In this document: in pieces, positions 29,348 to 38,536 of the stretch | How the letters are laid out: each line of letters starts with the position of its first letter | Position numbering within the stretch: the first letter of the stretch is position 1 | NCBI RefSeq assembly: GCF_035548235.1 | Contig: NZ_DASZTJ010000033.1 | Location: 18,643 to 82,642 of the forward strand | Reading direction: 5' to 3' | DNA length: 64,000 nt | DNA from: Rhodopila sp. | GTDB lineage: Bacteria; Pseudomonadota; Alphaproteobacteria; Acetobacterales; Acetobacteraceae | Made by a program: the position numbers and the translations under genes | Notes under the pieces: generated by a model | Seen by the model: only the letters and a program-made list of their open reading frames with translations | Told to the model about the DNA's origin: nothing | The model's database searches: none

Positions 29348-31473
29348 ACGCATGGGTCGGCAAGGAAATCAGTCGCGTTGATGGTCCGGCCAAGGTCACT
29401 GGCCAGGCGACTTACGCAGCGGAATTCCAACTTCGCAACAAAGCCTACGCCGCGTTGGTGACCGCGACGATTCCCAGCGGAACGATCGAGAGGTTGGACG
29501 TCTCGGCGGCGGAAGCTGCGCCGGGGGTCATTCTGGTCCTTTCCCACCTCAACGCACCCGGGTTGCCTTATGCCCAGCCCAAGAAGCGGCCCGTGGTGGA
29601 CCCGCAAGCCGGCGAACGGCTGCACGTCTTCCAGGGGCCGGAGGTGCTTTTCGACGGCCAGCCGATCGCCGTCGTGGTCGCGGAGACAAAGGAGCAGGCG
29701 GATAGCGCTGCCATGCTGGTTTCCGTCGATTATCGGCAGACACCGCCCGCCGGAGACATGGACCCAAGCCGATCGCATGCACCGAACGAAGCGGTGGCGA
29801 AATCCGGCCGTCCCGGCGAAAAGGGGCGGGGCGACGCAGGCCCCGCGTACCGCGGCTCTGCCGTCACGATCGATATAACGTGCAGCCATGAGCGTGAGCA
29901 GCATAACGCCATGGAACCGCACGCAACCATCGCGGAGTGGGATGGCGACCACCTGACCCTCTATGACAAATCCCAATGGGTAGACAATGTTCGGCAGGAG
30001 ATCGCCCTGATCTTCGGCATGGCGGAGGATAACGTCCGCGTCATAAGTCCTTTCGTCGGCGGCGCCTTCGGATCGGCTCTCCGAACCTGGCCCCACGTCA
30101 CTATTGCGGCGCTCGCAGCTCGACAGGCGAACCGGCCTGTGCAGTTGGAGCTGAGCCGGCGGCAATGCTTCTTCTCCGCCGGTGCTCGGCCGAAGACCTT
30201 GCAGCGATTACGCCTGGGCGCCGACCATGACGGGAAGCTGCAAGCGATCATCCATGAAGCGATAGGCCAGACCTCGGTCTATGAAGACTATGCCGAAATC
30301 ACACTGGACGCTGCCAATTCGCTTTACGCATGCTCCAACGTCGCGACCCGCTACCACCTCGTCAAGATGAACATGAATTCGCCCTGTCCGATGCGCGCGC
30401 CCGGCACGGCGACGGGCGTGTTCGGACTCGAAATCGCCATGGACGAGATGGCCGAGGAATGCGGTCTGGACCCGGTGGAGTTCCGGTTGCGCAACCACGC
30501 GGATCGCGATGAGGAAAAAGACCTGCCCTATTCCAGCAAGGAATTAAAGGCGTGTTACGCCTTGGCTGCAGAGGCGTTTGGATGGTCGCATCGCTCGACT
30601 GTGCCGGGACGGAATCGAAACGACCGATGGTTGATAGGACATGGCATGGCGACGGCCTTCTATCCCTCGCATCGATCATCGTCGACGGCAAAGGCCACCA
30701 TGTTCGCGAACGGCACGGTCGTCGTCCGAACGGCGGCCGGCGATATGGGGCCCGGGACCTATACTGCGATGACGCAACTCGCGGCCGAAACGCTCGATCT
30801 GACGCCGGAACAGGTGCAGTTCGAGCTTGGTGATACCGATATGCCGGAAGCGCCGGTGCATGGGGGCTCGATCACGTTGGCCAGCGTGGGCAACGCCGTC
30901 ATTGCCGCGTGTCGCTCGCTGCGGGAGAAGCTTGGCAACGGCGATCCGGTGGCCGCCATGCGCCAATTGGGACAGGAGGCGGTCTCGGCCGACGCCGAAT
31001 CGAAACCCGGAGAAGAAGCCAACATCTATTCGAGTTCGGCCTTCGGTGCGGTTTTCGTTGAGGTAGCGGTGGATTCCCGGCTGGGCGCCGTACGCATTCC
31101 CCGGATCGTAGGCGCCTATGACATCGGAACGGTCGTCAATCCCAAGATCGCCCGAAGCCAGTGCATCGGCGGGATGGTGGGCGGCTTGGGTATGGCGTTG
31201 CTGGAACAGGCGGAATGGGACCCCGCACTGTGCCGGGTCATGAACGCGAACCTGGCGGAATATCTGGTGCCGGTGAATGCCGACGTTCAGCACTTGGACG
31301 TATTGTTCGCACCCGGAGAGGACAAGATCTTCAACCCGATCGGCTCCAAGGGCGTGGCGGAAATCGCCCTCACGGGCGTCGCGCCGGCCATCGCCAACGC
31401 GATCTACAACGCAACGGGGCACCGCCTGCGCAACTTGCCGATCACCCCGGATAAACTGCTCGAGGTGCTGTAG
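29344..31473 (+). CDS. Xanthine dehydrogenase family molybdopterin subunit (PaoC/YagR-like)
   Basis: HNAMEPHA, FVGGAFGS, PMRAPG, DMGPGTYT, HGGS, SKGVAEI. Confidence 0.93.
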   Translation: MNAWVGKEISRVDGPAKVTGQATYAAEFQLRNKAYAALVTATIPSGTIERLDVSAAEAAPGVILVLSHLNAPGLPYAQPKKRPVVDPQAGERLHVFQGPEVLFDGQPIAVVVAETKEQADSAAMLVSVDYRQTPPAGDMDPSRSHAPNEAVAKSGRPGEKGRGDAGPAYRGSAVTIDITCSHEREQHNAMEPHATIAEWDGDHLTLYDKSQWVDNVRQEIALIFGMAEDNVRVISPFVGGAFGSALRTWPHVTIAALAARQANRPVQLELSRRQCFFSAGARPKTLQRLRLGADHDGKLQAIIHEAIGQTSVYEDYAEITLDAANSLYACSNVATRYHLVKMNMNSPCPMRAPGTATGVFGLEIAMDEMAEECGLDPVEFRLRNHADRDEEKDLPYSSKELKACYALAAEAFGWSHRSTVPGRNRNDRWLIGHGMATAFYPSHRSSSTAKATMFANGTVVVRTAAGDMGPGTYTAMTQLAAETLDLTPEQVQFELGDTDMPEAPVHGGSITLASVGNAVIAACRSLREKLGNGDPVAAMRQLGQEAVSADAESKPGEEANIYSSSAFGAVFVEVAVDSRLGAVRIPRIVGAYDIGTVVNPKIARSQCIGGMVGGLGMALLEQAEWDPALCRVMNANLAEYLVPVNADVQHLDVLFAPGEDKIFNPIGSKGVAEIALTGVAPAIANAIYNATGHRLRNLPITPDKLLEVL

Positions 31474-31475
31474 AT

Positions 31476-31679
31476 ATGCCGGACGTCCTGCACGCCACGT
31501 TGAAAGAGGTTGAGCCCGGCTTGTTTCGGGCATCCTATCCTGGAGAAATGAACGGAACAGACGAACCAAGCGGCGGACAACTGCCTGATAGTCATATCGG
31601 AACCAGCCGTGACGATGTGCGGATTTGGGTCGAGCAGATGGCTGTCCAACTGGGCTACGAACGTGTGGAGTGGCATTAG
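31476..31679 (+). CDS. Small hypothetical protein (67 aa)
   Basis: Fills the gap exactly: 2 nt after the PaoC-like stop, 11 nt before the next ATG. Confidence 0.55.
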   Translation: MPDVLHATLKEVEPGLFRASYPGEMNGTDEPSGGQLPDSHIGTSRDDVRIWVEQMAVQLGYERVEWH

Positions 31680-31690
31680 GGTATGCTGTC

Positions 31691-32146
31691 ATGTCCTATC
31701 GTTCCGCCTTCGTCGATATCGCCACGGTCGTGCTGCTATTCGGCATCTACTTTCTGCTGGCCGGTGAGGTGTCCGGAACGGAAATGATCGCAGGCGCCGC
31801 GGCAGCTTCGGCGACAACAGCCTTTATCGTCGCAAGGCGTCGGCGCAGTGGCGGTCGGCTCTCCTTGATGGTCCCGCCTTCAACCATCCTCCAGCCGTTG
31901 GCGTCCTTGATACCCGATACGATCCGGGTCGCCGGTGCGCTCGCCCGGGTGATGTGGTTCGGCCCGCCCGGCGATCGCGGCACGTTCCTGTGCCAGGGAC
32001 CGGTGCCGCAGAAGGCGGTTGGGCCAAAAGGGGTCTGGATCCTCAGTCAATCCTTCACACCCAAGAACTTCGTCCTCGACGACGCAGATGGTTCGGCGAT
32101 CGTCCACTGCCTGGCGCCCGGCGATCGGGAAGGCGCGCGGGGATGA
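31691..32146 (+). CDS. MrpE/MbhA-like membrane subunit
   Basis: Two N-terminal TMs, SQSFTPKNFVLD...IVHCL resembling the MrpE SLTPGT..V..L.VH motif. Confidence 0.65.
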   Translation: MSYRSAFVDIATVVLLFGIYFLLAGEVSGTEMIAGAAAASATTAFIVARRRRSGGRLSLMVPPSTILQPLASLIPDTIRVAGALARVMWFGPPGDRGTFLCQGPVPQKAVGPKGVWILSQSFTPKNFVLDDADGSAIVHCLAPGDREGARG

Positions 32147-32394
32147 CCCTATGGCTGTGGAGCGTGGTCGCGGTGGTCGTGGCGATGCTGATCCCGACCG
32201 TCATGGCGTGCCGTGGCCGGATGGCGGAGCGGTGGGTCGCGCTGCAGATGGGTGCCGCCCTGACGGTCGTCATCCTGGTCATCATGAGCTTCGCCTTCCA
32301 TGCGGCGATCCTGATGGATTTGTCGCTGGCCCTCGTTTTGCTGGGCGTCCCTGCCACGCTCGTCGTCGCGGTGGCGTTGGAGCGCTGGATATGA
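32143..32394 (+). CDS. MrpF/MbhB-like subunit
   Basis: Three TMs, ERWVALQM, MDLSLAL; ATGA overlaps on both sides. Confidence 0.75.
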   Translation: MTLWLWSVVAVVVAMLIPTVMACRGRMAERWVALQMGAALTVVILVIMSFAFHAAILMDLSLALVLLGVPATLVVAVALERWI

Positions 32395-32681
32395 TCGCGG
32401 TCCTGCTCATCCTTATCGTGTCGGCCGTCTGGTTCGCGCAATTGGGATTCGTCCGCCTCGCCACGCCGCTTAGTCGGCTGCACGTCGTGACCGCCATCTA
32501 TGTCGCGGCCGGGGTCGCTACGATGGCCTTGGCCGTCGTCACCGATGGCGCCTCGGTACGCGCCGTAAAAGCCATGCTGATCCTTGCTTGCGCGCTGGTG
32601 GGTGGTGCGGCGACGTCGCACGCCATCGGGCGCGCCCTGTGGCTGCGTGGATCGGTCGGCCCGGCGAGGCCCGATCCATGA
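32391..32681 (+). CDS. MrpG/MbhC-like subunit
   Basis: LSRLHVV and TSHAIGRA motifs. Confidence 0.78.
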   Translation: MIAVLLILIVSAVWFAQLGFVRLATPLSRLHVVTAIYVAAGVATMALAVVTDGASVRAVKAMLILACALVGGAATSHAIGRALWLRGSVGPARPDP

Positions 32682-32938
32682 GCCTCCTGCTCGATCTGCT
32701 GTTTTTCATGACGGCCGTGACAGGTACGGGCATCGTCCTGTCGCGTCAGCCGGGCCGGCAGGTTCTCGCGATCGCCGCGAACGGATTGGTGCTCAGCCTT
32801 CTCTTCACCGCGCTTCAGGCGCCTGACGTGGCGTTCTCGGAACTCGCCGTGGGAACGGCGGCTGTTCCCACGCTGTTCCTGGTGGTGCTGATCAGCACCC
32901 GGATCGATCGCACGCCAAGGTCGGAGGCGAAGGAATGA
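32678..32938 (+). CDS. DUF4040 / MbhD-like subunit
   Basis: LQAPDVAFSELAVG motif. Confidence 0.82.
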   Translation: MSLLLDLLFFMTAVTGTGIVLSRQPGRQVLAIAANGLVLSLLFTALQAPDVAFSELAVGTAAVPTLFLVVLISTRIDRTPRSEAKE

Positions 32939-33696
32939 CCCCCCGAGCGCGCCTGCTGGTCTTCATCGGGGCGTGTGCGTGCGTTCTGCCGGCGGCGGTC
33001 GACGTGGTCATGCACATGCCGGCCTTCGGCGTCCATCCGCTGCCGTACGGCGATGCCGTGAACCGTCTGGGGACCGCCGAACGTCACGTCACCAACATGG
33101 TCAGCCTGGTCAATTTCGACGTCCGGGGCTTCGACACGTTGGGTGAGGAGTTCATGCTGCTTTGTGCGGTGACCGGGGTCACCATACTCCTCCGCGGCGC
33201 ACGGGGCGAGCAGCCCACCGCCGAACCTGGCTATGCGCCAGGGAGGCCTGACGTCCGTCGTTCCGCCGCGGTGACCGCGATCGGGCGTGTCTTCGCGCCG
33301 CTGATCGTCCTGTTCGGCTTCTATGTGGTGTTGCACGCCATGACGACGCCAGGCGGCGGCTTCCAGGGCGGCGTCATCATGGCCTCGGGCTGCCTGCTGA
33401 TATGGATGGGAGACGGCTACCGCAGTTGGCGGCAGATGATGCGGACGGAGATCCTCGATGCCGCCGAGGGCTTCGGTGCCTCACTTTACGCCGCCGCCGG
33501 CCTTGCGCCCATGGTCCTGGGTCTGCCCTTTCTGACCAACATCCTGCCGTTTGGGCAGCCGAAGGATCTGCTCTCGGGCGGGTTGATGCTGGTGCTCAAC
33601 GCCGGCGTGGGTTTCGCCGTTGCCGGCGGCTTCGGCGTGCTGTTCGTCGAATTCCTGGAGGAGACGCGGGCCGTCCCGCTTGGAGGCGGAGAATGA
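32935..33696 (+). CDS. MrpB-like subunit (MbhE+MbhF-type fusion)
   Basis: NMVSLVNFDVRGFDTLGE and HAMTTPGGGFQGG. Confidence 0.88.
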   Translation: MTPRARLLVFIGACACVLPAAVDVVMHMPAFGVHPLPYGDAVNRLGTAERHVTNMVSLVNFDVRGFDTLGEEFMLLCAVTGVTILLRGARGEQPTAEPGYAPGRPDVRRSAAVTAIGRVFAPLIVLFGFYVVLHAMTTPGGGFQGGVIMASGCLLIWMGDGYRSWRQMMRTEILDAAEGFGASLYAAAGLAPMVLGLPFLTNILPFGQPKDLLSGGLMLVLNAGVGFAVAGGFGVLFVEFLEETRAVPLGGGE

Positions 33697-34040
33697 CCGG
33701 CATGTTGTGCTGGGCGACGGTGGCCTGGTTGCTGGGTATCGGCCTGTACGGGATCGTTACCAGCCGCAACTATGTTCATCTCGTCGGCTGCCTGTCCGTC
33801 GTCCAGGCTTCCACCTACCTGTTGCTGCTGGGTATCGGCTATCGCTGGCAAGCGGGCCCGCCGATTTTCTACGACCATCCGCCCGGGACGCCCGCGGTCG
33901 ACCCGGTCGTCCAGGCGCTGGTGCTGACCGATATCGTGATCGGCGCCACCGTCACCGCATTGTTGCTGGCCCTGGTGTTGCGGTTGCACAAGCGAACCGG
34001 CTCGCTTGATGCGGGCTCGATCCGACCGCTGTCTCGGTGA
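33693..34040 (+). CDS. MrpC/MbhG-like subunit
   Basis: DPVVQALVLTDIVIG motif. Confidence 0.88.
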   Translation: MTGMLCWATVAWLLGIGLYGIVTSRNYVHLVGCLSVVQASTYLLLLGIGYRWQAGPPIFYDHPPGTPAVDPVVQALVLTDIVIGATVTALLLALVLRLHKRTGSLDAGSIRPLSR

Positions 34041-35851
34041 GCGTGTGGGGCCTGCCAGGCCTGGTTCCGCTGCCCGTCGTGCTTCCGCTTGTGGTCGCCG
34101 GGGTTCTGCTGGCGTTCAGCAAGTTGCTGCCGGCACGGCTGCCTGACGCGATTGCCGTGCTGACGACGGTGACGGTCAGCGGCCTCTGCGCCGACTTCGC
34201 GCTGCATATTGGCGACCAACCCCTGGTCTACTGGTTCGGCGGCTGGACGCCGCGCGACGGACAAGTGTTGGGAATCAGCTTCGCCGTCGACCCGGCCGGC
34301 GCCATATTGGGCGCCTTCAGCGGCTTGCTGTTCACTTGCTCCCTCATTTTCGCCTGGGGCTACTACGATGAGGTGCATGCGCATTTTCACGTGCTGATGT
34401 TGCTGTTCATGGCTGGCATGGTGGGCTTCTGCCTAACGCACGACCTGTTCAACATGTTTGTCTGGTTCGAGGTCATGAGCGTCGCGGCATTCGCGCTCAC
34501 CGGCTATGCCCTTCGCAGTTCTTCCCTGGTCGGAGCGTTGAACTTCACCGTCATCAACACCATCGGAAGCTATCTGATCCTGGCTGGGATAGGCTTGCTC
34601 TATGCTCAAGGGGGCGCGCTGGATTTCTCGGCCTTGGCCCAGGCTGTCGCGAAGACGCCCGCCGACCCGGTTTTGACGGCCGCCTTTGCGCTGGTGGCGA
34701 TGGGATTTCTGATCAAGGCGGCGCAGGTGCCTTTCCAACCCTGGCTGGCCGACGCCCACGCCGTGGCGCCCAGCCCGGTGTCGGTCATCTTCTCCGGGAT
34801 CATGGTGCCGCTCGGGCTGTTCGGCTTGGCGCGGATGGTCTGCGACGTCTTCGCGGCCAGCCCCGAGGTTCACCGTGTAGCCACGACCCTGCTGCTTGGG
34901 ATGGGAGCGCTGACGGCGGTGCTGGGCGGGGTGATGGCGTTGATCCAGCGTCACATCAAACGGCTGTTGGCGTTTTCCACCATTTCCCACACCGGGATCA
35001 TGATGATCGGATTGGCCTCGCTGAACCGGGTCGGGCTCGCGGGCTTGCTGGCGTATCTGATCGGCCATGGGCTGGTGAAAGCCAGCCTGTTCATGGTCGC
35101 CGGCATCATCGAGGCGCGTTGCGTCGGCACGGATGAGATTGGGTTGCGTGGTGCCGGGCGCCCCTTCTGGGCGGTGGGTATCGTGATGGCAGTCGGCGCG
35201 TTGATGCTGGCCGGTCTACCGCTCGGGTTGATGAAAATCGGCAGCGAGCAGATCGTCGGCGCAGCGCATGCTTTCCGTCAGGGTGGTACGGGCGCCGTGC
35301 TGATCGGCGCCGCCTGCACAGGCGCTGCCGTGCTGCGCGTCGCCGGCCGCGTGTTCGGAGGTTTCGGCCCCGTCCCCGGCGAGGAGAAACGCGCGCCGAC
35401 GGAGCAGGAGCGGGAGAAAGCAGACCGTCCGCTCAGCCTGATGCTGGCGCCGACGCTGCTGTTATTGATGCTCGCCGTTCTGCCGGCGGAAAGCGGCCGA
35501 GCGTTCCTCGATCACGCCGCGACCATGTTGCGGCATGCGTCCGATGTTCGAGATCTTGTACCCGGTTCCGCCACGGGAGGATTGGCGTCGCCTTCTGCCC
35601 GGCGGGGGGAACTGGCGGCGCCCGTGATGCGCACGATCGGACCCTGGATATCCGTGGGGCTGGCGATTGTGATTGCGGTTTATCATCTCGGACGCAGCCG
35701 CATACAACCCGCCATCAACAAAGGGGTCGACCGCGTTCTGGGTCCTTGGGTCGAGGTGCTGCAGGGGCTTCATGGCGGTTTGATCGGCGACTATGTGGCG
35801 TGGGTGGTCGTCGGGCTGGCCGTTTTCGCCGTGACCTGCGCGTTTGCCTAG
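34037..35851 (+). CDS. MrpD/MbhH-like antiporter subunit (complex I subunit 5 family)
   Basis: DLFNMFVWFEVMS, LIKAAQVPFQPWLADAH, LLAFSTISH, GHGLVKASLF; GTG start. Confidence 0.88.
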   Translation: MSVWGLPGLVPLPVVLPLVVAGVLLAFSKLLPARLPDAIAVLTTVTVSGLCADFALHIGDQPLVYWFGGWTPRDGQVLGISFAVDPAGAILGAFSGLLFTCSLIFAWGYYDEVHAHFHVLMLLFMAGMVGFCLTHDLFNMFVWFEVMSVAAFALTGYALRSSSLVGALNFTVINTIGSYLILAGIGLLYAQGGALDFSALAQAVAKTPADPVLTAAFALVAMGFLIKAAQVPFQPWLADAHAVAPSPVSVIFSGIMVPLGLFGLARMVCDVFAASPEVHRVATTLLLGMGALTAVLGGVMALIQRHIKRLLAFSTISHTGIMMIGLASLNRVGLAGLLAYLIGHGLVKASLFMVAGIIEARCVGTDEIGLRGAGRPFWAVGIVMAVGALMLAGLPLGLMKIGSEQIVGAAHAFRQGGTGAVLIGAACTGAAVLRVAGRVFGGFGPVPGEEKRAPTEQEREKADRPLSLMLAPTLLLLMLAVLPAESGRAFLDHAATMLRHASDVRDLVPGSATGGLASPSARRGELAAPVMRTIGPWISVGLAIVIAVYHLGRSRIQPAINKGVDRVLGPWVEVLQGLHGGLIGDYVAWVVVGLAVFAVTCAFA

Positions 35852-35922
35852 AACCGGCGCCGATTCAGCGGTCTCGCCGGTTATTCGAGATCGAGGAACT
35901 GATCACGCCGATGATCGCCGGG

Positions 35923-37224
35923 TCACTTCTGTCCGGCTCGGCGATTGAGGGCCAGTGCGACCATTGTACACGCCGCCCCGGACAGCAGATAAGCCCCCGA
36001 CGCCAGCAGGCCGAAGCGGCTCGCCAGCGCCAGTGCGACGATGGGTGCGAAGCCGGCACCGAGGAGCCAGGCGAGATCGGAGGTGAGTGCCGACCCGGTA
36101 TACCGGTAGACCTGGGAAAACCGGGACGCCACTGCCCCGGATGCCTGCCCGAAGGACAAGCCGAGCAGGATGAAGCCAAGCACCATGAACACGAGCTGGC
36201 CGATGTCGCCGGCATCCAGCAGTTGCGGCGCAAAGCCGCTGAAGGCCGCGATTCCGATGGCGGTCCCGCCCAGAAGGCTGCGGCGGCCGATCCGATCGGC
36301 GATCAGGCCGGAGGCGATGATCGCCAGCAGGCCAACCGCCGCACCGATCAGCTCGATCACCAGAAAGCGGGCCGGACGCTGGCTGGTGTAGAGAAAGACC
36401 CACGACAACGGAAACACCGTGACCATATGAAACAGGGCGAAACTCGCGAGCGGTGCGAAGGCGCCGGCGATGATCGTGCTGCCCTCGGCGCGCACGGTCT
36501 GCCGGATCGGGGCGGGTTGGAGCTCCTTGCTGCGAAACTGTGTTGTGTATTCAGGTGTCACGACGATTCGCAACCGTGCGAACAGGGCGACGACGTTGAT
36601 CGCCAGCGCCACGAAGAACGGATAGCGCCAGCCCCAGGTCATGAAATCGTCGGCCGACAGGTTCGCCACGAAATAGGCGAACAGCCCGCTGGCCACCATC
36701 AGCCCGAGCGGCGCCCCCAGTTGTGGGATCATCGCGTACCAGCCCTTGCGGCCTTCGGGCGCGTTGAGGGCCAACAGCGATGCCAGGCCGTCCCAGACGC
36801 CGCCCAGCGCCATCCCTTGGCCTATGCGGGCCAACGCCAGCAGGAATACCGCCGCGGGACCAATGTCCTCGTAGCCGGGCAGGAATGCGATCGCCGCGGT
36901 CGAGCCGCCTAGCAAGAAGAGCGCGGCGGTCAGCTTCACGCCTCTGCCATGGGCCCGGTCGATCGCCATCGACACGACCGTGCCGAATGGCCGCGCCACG
37001 AAGGCGAGCGCGAACAGGGCGAAACTGGCGAGGGTCCCTGCCAACGGATCCATGAAGGGGAACACAAGTTTGGGAAACACCAGCACGCTTGCGATGGCGT
37101 AGACGAAGAAGTCGAAGAATTCCGATGTGCGGCCGATGATGACGCCGACGGCGATGTCATTCGGATTGGGCGTATGGGCGCGTGTATGGAAAGCGCCCGA
37201 AGAGGGGACGGCCTGCGCGGTCAT
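35923..37224 (-). CDS. MFS transporter (MHS family), cyo-associated
   Basis: GRTSEFFDFFVY, DRAHGR and DRIGRR loops, 12 TMs. Confidence 0.9.
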   Translation of the reverse strand: MTAQAVPSSGAFHTRAHTPNPNDIAVGVIIGRTSEFFDFFVYAIASVLVFPKLVFPFMDPLAGTLASFALFALAFVARPFGTVVSMAIDRAHGRGVKLTAALFLLGGSTAAIAFLPGYEDIGPAAVFLLALARIGQGMALGGVWDGLASLLALNAPEGRKGWYAMIPQLGAPLGLMVASGLFAYFVANLSADDFMTWGWRYPFFVALAINVVALFARLRIVVTPEYTTQFRSKELQPAPIRQTVRAEGSTIIAGAFAPLASFALFHMVTVFPLSWVFLYTSQRPARFLVIELIGAAVGLLAIIASGLIADRIGRRSLLGGTAIGIAAFSGFAPQLLDAGDIGQLVFMVLGFILLGLSFGQASGAVASRFSQVYRYTGSALTSDLAWLLGAGFAPIVALALASRFGLLASGAYLLSGAACTMVALALNRRAGQK

Positions 37225-37281
37225 TCTTCCCGATCACTCCTGTCGGCAAACGCGGCTCTTTACCGTCGAAGTGCACGCGGG

Positions 37282-37306
37282 GGGATTGGACAATTTGTCC
37301 AATCCC
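37282..37306. promoter_or_regulatory. Perfect 25-bp palindrome between the divergent MFS and cyoA genes; candidate RegA-type site
   Basis: GGGATTGGACAA-T-TTGTCCAATCCC. Confidence 0.7.
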
Positions 37307-37364
37307 TTTCGCCGCGCGTTGCCGCTACGGGTGCCGCGGTCTCGTGGCGGTCTTAGGAAGAGCT

Positions 37365-38531
37365 TTGAGTCGAAAATACCTGTCCGTTCTGACACCCATG
37401 CTGTTGATGGGATTGAGCGGGTGCAAGGCCGTCGTGTTGGATCCGGCGGGCGATGTCGCGCTTCAGCAGCGGAACATCCTGCTGGAATCGACAGGACTGA
37501 TGCTGCTGGTGATCTTGCCGGTCATGGCCCTCACGGCATGGTTCGCCTGGCATTATCGTCAGTCGAACAAGGCGGCTCGATACGAGCCGGAATGGGATCA
37601 CTCGACGCAGTTGGAGCTGGTGATCTGGGGCGCCCCGTTGCTGATCATCATCTCGCTCGGGGCACTGACTTGGATGAGCACCCATCTGCTCGACCCGTAT
37701 CGGCCGATCGCTCGCATCGCGGCGGGGCAGGCTGTCACCGGAACGAACGAACCGTTGGAAGTCGACGTCGTGGCGCTCGACTGGAAGTGGCTGTTCATCT
37801 ATCCCCAGTATCAGTTGGCGACGGTCAATGAGCTTGCGGCGCCGGTGGACCGGCCGATCGATTTTCGAGTCACTTCATCATCGGTGATGAACTCCTTCTA
37901 CATCCCGGCGCTGGCGGGACAGATCTACGCCATGCCAGGCATGGAGACGAAACTTCATGCCGTCTCCAACCAGACGGGCGTCTTCGACGGCTTTTCAGCC
38001 AACTACAGCGGGGCCGGCTTCTCCGGCATGCATTTCGCTTTCCATAGCATGACGTCCGTCGATTTCCGCCATTGGGTCGACACGGTGAAAAGCGGTTCCG
38101 GCAGCCTGACTCGGACCGCGTATCTGCGGCTGGAACGTCCCAGTGAGAACGAACCCGCACAGAGCTTCGCTTCGGTCGACCCGACACTCTACAATACAAT
38201 CCTGAACATGTGTGTCGAAGCCGGCAAGATGTGCTTGAGCGAGATGTCGGCGATCGATGCCCGCGGTGGCCTGGGCCTGCAAGGTATCCGCAGCGTGCTG
38301 CCTCTTGAACACGACAAATACGCACGCCGCGGCCCTGACGAGGGTCCGCCCACCAGCGCCTATGTCCTGAGTCCATGTTCGGTGCAAGAGGCCGAACGAG
38401 CGGCTGCCGCGCCACCGATGCTGAAAGGGCCACGGGATTTGGCCCCGCTCAGTGGTGCCGGCCTCTCTCGCCCCGGCAGCAAGTCCGGGTTGCTGGGCTG
38501 GCAGGTTCCGAACACCAAAACGAGATCGTGA
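37365..38531 (+). CDS. cyoA: Cytochrome bo3 ubiquinol oxidase subunit II
   Basis: TTG start after AGGAAG, LSGC lipobox, [27 protein letters not shown]; no CuA ligands. Confidence 0.93.
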   Translation: MSRKYLSVLTPMLLMGLSGCKAVVLDPAGDVALQQRNILLESTGLMLLVILPVMALTAWFAWHYRQSNKAARYEPEWDHSTQLELVIWGAPLLIIISLGALTWMSTHLLDPYRPIARIAAGQAVTGTNEPLEVDVVALDWKWLFIYPQYQLATVNELAAPVDRPIDFRVTSSSVMNSFYIPALAGQIYAMPGMETKLHAVSNQTGVFDGFSANYSGAGFSGMHFAFHSMTSVDFRHWVDTVKSGSGSLTRTAYLRLERPSENEPAQSFASVDPTLYNTILNMCVEAGKMCLSEMSAIDARGGLGLQGIRSVLPLEHDKYARRGPDEGPPTSAYVLSPCSVQEAERAAAAPPMLKGPRDLAPLSGAGLSRPGSKSGLLGWQVPNTKTRS

Positions 38532-38536
38532 CGGTC

